Below are positions 51,424 to 54,821 of a DNA stretch of 54,821 nt, piece after piece. Origin of the DNA: an uncultured Actinomycetes bacterium (lineage in GTDB: Bacteria; Actinomycetota; Actinomycetes; S36-B12; GCA-2699445). The stretch covers positions 1 to 54,821 of the forward strand of contig CAZCRC010000001.1 in the NCBI GenBank assembly GCA_964500995.1. The letters run 5' to 3'. The notes beneath the pieces are model-generated. The model had not been told where the DNA came from. It saw only the letters and a program-made list of their open reading frames with translations, and did not search any database. Within the stretch, counting starts at the first letter, position 1, and each line of letters opens with the position of its first letter. The position numbers were made by a program, and so were the translations under genes.

Positions 51424-52020
51424 CTAAGACTTCTCGATCACAACGGCGTTGCCGTTGGCAGTCACGCCGAAGACGTAAGGAAGGTACAAGGTTCCACCGC
51501 TCGCGTTCACGGTCTCTGGGTCGAGCGTCAGGTAGTCAAAGTCAACGCCGATCACGGCGTTGCAGCCCAAGTTGTAGGCCGCCTCCTTAAGCTCGGCAAG
51601 GGCGTTACGCCTAATGTGCACGAGGGAGGCCATAAGGCTGTCGCCCACATTTGTGGCGCGAGCGAAGATTCCATCTCGGCCGCGCTCGATTTGGATGACA
51701 TCGTCGCCGGAGATGTACCCCGAGTACTTGGTGATCGTGTACCCATCGAAGCTGAAGCCGGACGTAATCAGCATGCTGGCCATGGCGGCCTGTTTCTCTC
51801 GGGCGGCCTGTTCTTCTGCAGCCTGCTGTTGAGCTAGTTGAGCCTGCGTGTCGACATGCCATGCCTGATACTGCTGAACGATCGCGCTTATGTTCTGGGA
51901 GTCATCGATCGACCATCCCCGCATACTCGACATGTTGACCGGAGCTCCGGTCTGCTTGAGCCAGTACTCGAAGGTCTTCAGGTCAAGGCCATATTGCTTG
52001 GCAATATCTCGCGTCTTCAT
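51424..52020 (-). CDS. YbjQ/UPF0145-domain protein with an N-terminal helical extension
   Basis: The C-terminal half MLITSGFSFDGYTITKYSGYISGDDV...ALAELKEAAYNLGCNAVIGVDFDY...GVTANGNAVVIEK follows the YbjQ pattern. The N-terminus MKTRDIAKQYGLDLKTFEYWLKQTG... is followed by a Gln/Ala-rich linker. Many A/T-ending codons. Starts 11 nt after the upstream gene. Confidence 0.7.
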   Translation of the reverse strand: MKTRDIAKQYGLDLKTFEYWLKQTGAPVNMSSMRGWSIDDSQNISAIVQQYQAWHVDTQAQLAQQQAAEEQAAREKQAAMASMLITSGFSFDGYTITKYSGYISGDDVIQIERGRDGIFARATNVGDSLMASLVHIRRNALAELKEAAYNLGCNAVIGVDFDYLTLDPETVNASGGTLYLPYVFGVTANGNAVVIEKS

Positions 52021-52031
52021 GGGTCCCCCTT

Positions 52032-52292
52032 CTAGCGAAGATAGCTGAGTGCTTCCTGGTTGGTTGGGTCGATGTCAAGGATGAGGTTTGCATATCGGAT
52101 TCGATTTCGAGGGTCTTCACGGCACTTGGCGAGCAGTGCCTCGACGTCGGCATTGAGCTGAATCAGGGTGTTGATCGGCGGCTTCTCGTCAGCTTGGGGC
52201 ACGAAACGAGATTGGCAGTAGGAACAGATGACATAGCCATCCTCGTCGTAGAGATCCTTACTCCCACAGCGGGCACACGCGATGATTTTCAC
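52032..52292 (-). CDS. Small zinc-ribbon protein (CxxC...CxxC) with a helical tail
   Basis: MKIIACARCGSKDLYDEDGYVICSYCQSRF, then a TPR-like tail NRIRYANLILDIDPTNQEALSYL. 12-nt gap to the SPFH gene. Confidence 0.65.
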   Translation of the reverse strand: MKIIACARCGSKDLYDEDGYVICSYCQSRFVPQADEKPPINTLIQLNADVEALLAKCREDPRNRIRYANLILDIDPTNQEALSYLR

Positions 52293-52304
52293 CCTGACTC
52301 CCGG

Positions 52305-53498
52305 TTACGCGAGGCCAAGCGCCTTGGCTTTGGCCGCATCGAACTCCGCTTGATCGATCAAGCCGGCCTCGAGGGCTTGCTTGAGGCTTTGCAGTTGCGA
52401 CACAAGGTCAGGAGCGCCCCCACTGTTACCCGCCGGGATTGCCTCAGGGATTGTTGGCGATGGCGGGTTCTGCTGGGGTTCCTGCATCAAGCCGCCGATA
52501 CCAACCGTCCCGGAGGCGACCCCCATCCCGAGAATCCCATTGGCTCCGGCATTCTCACCCGCCGCCTCCATCCCGGCGGCCACGGACGCTTGAAGGTTCG
52601 CGTTTCCGCGCCTCCCGTCAAGGGCATCAGCGCGCTGGACGGTCTTCAGGAGTTCCGTGGTCGGCTCGTCGTATTCGATGCCGACGATCGTGACCTGTGT
52701 GAGTGAGATTCCCCGCGACTGAGTCCATGCGTAGGTACTTTCAACGGCCTGTGACAGCGACCTGGCGAAACCAATAGAGTCGCTCTGGATTCTGCTGATG
52801 CGGTTGGCTCGACTATCCGAGTTCGTGTAGAGGCTGAAAGCCGAGGCTAGGGAGCCGACCACCTCGGCGAACAACTGGTTTGCCGCAGGATTGGCACGGT
52901 CTGTGAAGTCGAACGTGTATCCGCCCTGGAGGTAGGTCGCAGGCACAAACTCCTTGACGAACCGGATTGGGTCCAGGATTCTCACGCTGTACGTGCCGTG
53001 CGTGATGGCACCCACTTGGGAGTTGAGGTACGAGTCATCCCAGTAGACAGGGGATTGGGTGCCGAACTTATTGTTGGGCAGTTCCTTCAGGCTCACAAAG
53101 AGCGCGACCTGCTGGGCTCCAGGCCGACCACCGAACTTGAAGCGCTCCCAAGACTGCTGAACGAGCGCCGACGAAGCCCCATCTCCCACGAACACCGATT
53201 GGGAGTAGATCTGGTCGGAATCCCAAATGTACTCACCCGGCTCGGCCGAGAAGCCGGTCAGTTCGGCGTCCTCGAAGACCAGCAGTCCGTAACCCTCCGG
53301 TATCACGATCTTGGAGCCGTTCGTGATGACCGAGTTGGACGCTTGCGAGTTGGAACCGCGACCTGCGTTCCCCGAAGAAGGCACGGCCGGAAACAGGGCA
53401 GCTGTGGGATGTATGTTTGGCGGAACCGTCAGGAAGTCCTTCCACTGATCCGCCAGCGTGCCGCCTGCCGCGCCGAATGCGGCCTTCACTAACCCCAC
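52305..53498 (-). CDS. SPFH/band-7 superfamily protein of the YdjI type (lumpy-skin-disease-virus core-protein-like) with a C-terminal SHOCT-like motif
   Basis: MGLVKAAFGAAGGTLADQWKDF..., VITNGSKIVIPEGYGLLVFED, FKFGGRPGAQQVALFVSLKELPNNKFGT and YSVRILDPIRFVKEF match my recollection of B. subtilis YdjI-like proteins. The tail LVSQLQSLKQALEAGLIDQAEFDAAKAKALG is SHOCT-like. Confidence 0.8.
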   Translation of the reverse strand: MGLVKAAFGAAGGTLADQWKDFLTVPPNIHPTAALFPAVPSSGNAGRGSNSQASNSVITNGSKIVIPEGYGLLVFEDAELTGFSAEPGEYIWDSDQIYSQSVFVGDGASSALVQQSWERFKFGGRPGAQQVALFVSLKELPNNKFGTQSPVYWDDSYLNSQVGAITHGTYSVRILDPIRFVKEFVPATYLQGGYTFDFTDRANPAANQLFAEVVGSLASAFSLYTNSDSRANRISRIQSDSIGFARSLSQAVESTYAWTQSRGISLTQVTIVGIEYDEPTTELLKTVQRADALDGRRGNANLQASVAAGMEAAGENAGANGILGMGVASGTVGIGGLMQEPQQNPPSPTIPEAIPAGNSGGAPDLVSQLQSLKQALEAGLIDQAEFDAAKAKALGLA

Positions 53499-53645
53499 AT
53501 TGCCTCCCCGTCCACGGCGTCCAGTCGACTCTAGCTCTCAAGCGTCGACGATGGGGTGGTGTTCGACACGCTCAACGGACTACCCCCAAGCCTGGGACTG
53601 ATCAGCGTGACAGCAGGGCCGCGTACCGTGCGGCCGGAGCCCGGT

Positions 53646-54422
53646 ATGTTCGAGCGCATGCGTACGGCGGGAATCGACTTAGCAGCCGAACCCGCGCGCA
53701 CCGGAGTCGCAGTCATCTGTTGGCTCACAGATCGCGCGGTGGTTGAGCACGCTGCGCTCGACAACTCAGACAGCGATCTGCTCGCAGTGATTCAGGAATC
53801 AGACAAGGTGGGACTCGACTGCCCGTTGGGCTGGCCCGATGCGTTCGTGGACTTCATATCCGCACACCACGCGTCCACGGCCATGAATCGGGCTACGACG
53901 TTCGATCAACAATGGCGCCGCAGGCTGGCGTATCGAGTGACTGATGAGGCCGTACGACTCTCGACCGGGCTGATTCCCCTCAGCGTCTCCACTGACCGCA
54001 TCGGTCTCACAGCGATGCGAGCAGCCGCGTTGCTGGATCAGTGCATCGCCTTTGGCATCCCTGTGCCTCGCTCAGGTACGGGGCGCGTCGTGGAGGTCTA
54101 CCCGAGCGCATCATTGTCGGTCTGGGGACTGCCTCACCGCCGGTACAAGGGCTCCAAGAATCGCTCCGCGCTGACCGAACTCGTTGCTCGGCTGCTGCGA
54201 CAGTGCCCGTGGCTCGACCTTGCCGAATTCCGGCCACTCCTCGAGCACTCTGATGACGCTCTCGACGCCGTTGTGGCTGCGCTCTCGGCTCGGGCAGTTG
54301 CCCTGAACCTCGCGACTGCCCCCAGCCCCGAACAACTGCCGGCAGCCGAACGCGAGGGTTGGATCGCGCTACCGATCAGCCCTCCAGGCGAACTCGTTCA
54401 ATCCGCACGACCGCAAGCATGA
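53646..54422 (+). CDS. DUF429 (predicted RNase H-fold nuclease) protein, intact copy
   Basis: MFERMRTAGIDLAAEPARTGVAVI..., VGLDCPLGWP, RVTDEAV, VVEVYPSASLSVWGL and HSDDALDAVVAALSARA. Divergent from the SPFH operon across a 147-bp spacer. The start could also be ATG 53658. Confidence 0.7.
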   Translation: MFERMRTAGIDLAAEPARTGVAVICWLTDRAVVEHAALDNSDSDLLAVIQESDKVGLDCPLGWPDAFVDFISAHHASTAMNRATTFDQQWRRRLAYRVTDEAVRLSTGLIPLSVSTDRIGLTAMRAAALLDQCIAFGIPVPRSGTGRVVEVYPSASLSVWGLPHRRYKGSKNRSALTELVARLLRQCPWLDLAEFRPLLEHSDDALDAVVAALSARAVALNLATAPSPEQLPAAEREGWIALPISPPGELVQSARPQA

Positions 54423-54565
54423 TTCAGTTGGGCCCGTCCAACCCTGAGGTCATCGAGTACCCGCGGGACTTGGCCGTGATCCACGTCGCCTCTTGGGGGA
54501 GGTGGGCAAAGCTTGCGGCGGCCGCGTGGTCCCGATCGCTTGAGCATCGGGTGGCTGTGGCTTGA
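54419..54565 (+). CDS. Possible 48-aa ORF translationally coupled to DUF429
   Basis: ATGA overlap with the DUF429 stop and fair G/C third positions (MIQLGPSNPEVIEYPRDLAVIHVASWGRWAKLAAAAWSRSLEHRVAVA). No family recognised. Could be spurious. Confidence 0.25.
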   Translation: MIQLGPSNPEVIEYPRDLAVIHVASWGRWAKLAAAAWSRSLEHRVAVA

Positions 54566-54766
54566 CCTGCTACCGCCGCTCCCAGCGTCGCCACAGCGGA
54601 ACCCAAGGCGCCTTGCACTGGCAATGGCTGGCGTGGCACATCCCAACCACTTTGCGCTGCGCCTGAGCAGACGAGCCAATAGCCTCAAGACCCGGACGGG
54701 CGCAGGGGCGGGTATGGACCGAATCGAGATGACCACACACCCGCTTGACCGCGGGCTACTGGAGAG

Positions 54767-54821
54767 TTACCGATCGCGGGTGCGCGGGTCCAGGAGGGCC
54801 TGCGAGCCGCCGTTCAGGACA
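54767..54821 (-). CDS. 3' end of a gene entering from the right edge
   Basis: The minus-strand frame reads ...VLNGGSQALLDPRTRDR then TAA (54769-54767), with consistent G/C third positions. Too short to classify. Confidence 0.3.
   Translation of the reverse strand, partial: VLNGGSQALLDPRTRDR

Noticed and set aside
54398-54736. 112-aa and 71-aa minus-strand ORFs downstream of DUF429.
   Set aside because: Arg/Gly/Pro-rich composition with no start context or motifs. The region more likely holds the small plus-strand ORF and non-coding DNA.
1-54821. Search for CRISPR arrays, rRNA genes, IS elements or transposases, integrases, and prophage structural genes.
   Set aside because: No regularly spaced direct repeats were seen. 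No ORF has a DDE or serine/tyrosine recombinase signature. The pRiA4b ORF-3-like protein is sometimes IS-associated, but no transposase accompanies it here.

Overview
High-G+C bacterial chromosomal segment with strong G/C bias at third codon positions. It looks like Actinomycetota: SigK/RskA next to DipZ and an MPT70-like fasciclin lipoprotein, a PASTA-bearing class A PBP, a PafBC-like WYL pair, many GTG starts and 4-bp GTGA/ATGA gene overlaps. I support about 55 protein-coding genes. I recognised no rRNA, tRNA, CRISPR array, transposase or integrase.

Layout:
- 0-12.6 kb: transport, a glycan/surface locus (ChaA, an IPT/Ig-repeat protein, a large secreted protein, GH64-like and GH31 enzymes) and small housekeeping genes.
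- 12.9-15.5 kb: an NYN nuclease-like gene behind two overlapping WYL regulator genes.
- 17-20 kb: an rsgA fragment, an RDD protein with a 16-residue tandem repeat, and an HNH nuclease with atypical codon usage.
- 21.8-28.4 kb: a complete, motif-intact JetABCD (Wadjet/MksBEFG/EptABCD) operon, directly followed by a 3-methyladenine glycosylase gene.
- 29-37.9 kb: mixed secreted, P450, PrsW and MFS genes.
- 38-47.3 kb: YefM-YoeB and AbiEi-AbiEii toxin-antitoxin modules interleaved with a TetR unit, a DUF429 gene and ponA.
- 47.4-51.3 kb: a dipZ / fasciclin / sigK / rskA block.
- 51.4-54.4 kb: a visibly lower-G+C island with a tight SPFH (YdjI-like) / zinc-ribbon / YbjQ-domain operon and a divergent DUF429 (RNase H-like) gene.

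The well-described immune systems here are Wadjet, AbiE and YefM-YoeB. The best candidates for something not yet characterised are the low-G+C SPFH/Zn-ribbon/YbjQ operon with DUF429 and the WYL-WYL-NYN operon. Both calls rest on domain recognition and gene context only, and neither is demonstrated.

The window also has an unusual load of damaged-looking genes. Three apparent frameshifts are each repairable by adding one base in a short G/C run, and there are several gene fragments. Two large ORFs abut head-to-head at 3405-3434. All homology statements come from reading the translations, since no searches were run.
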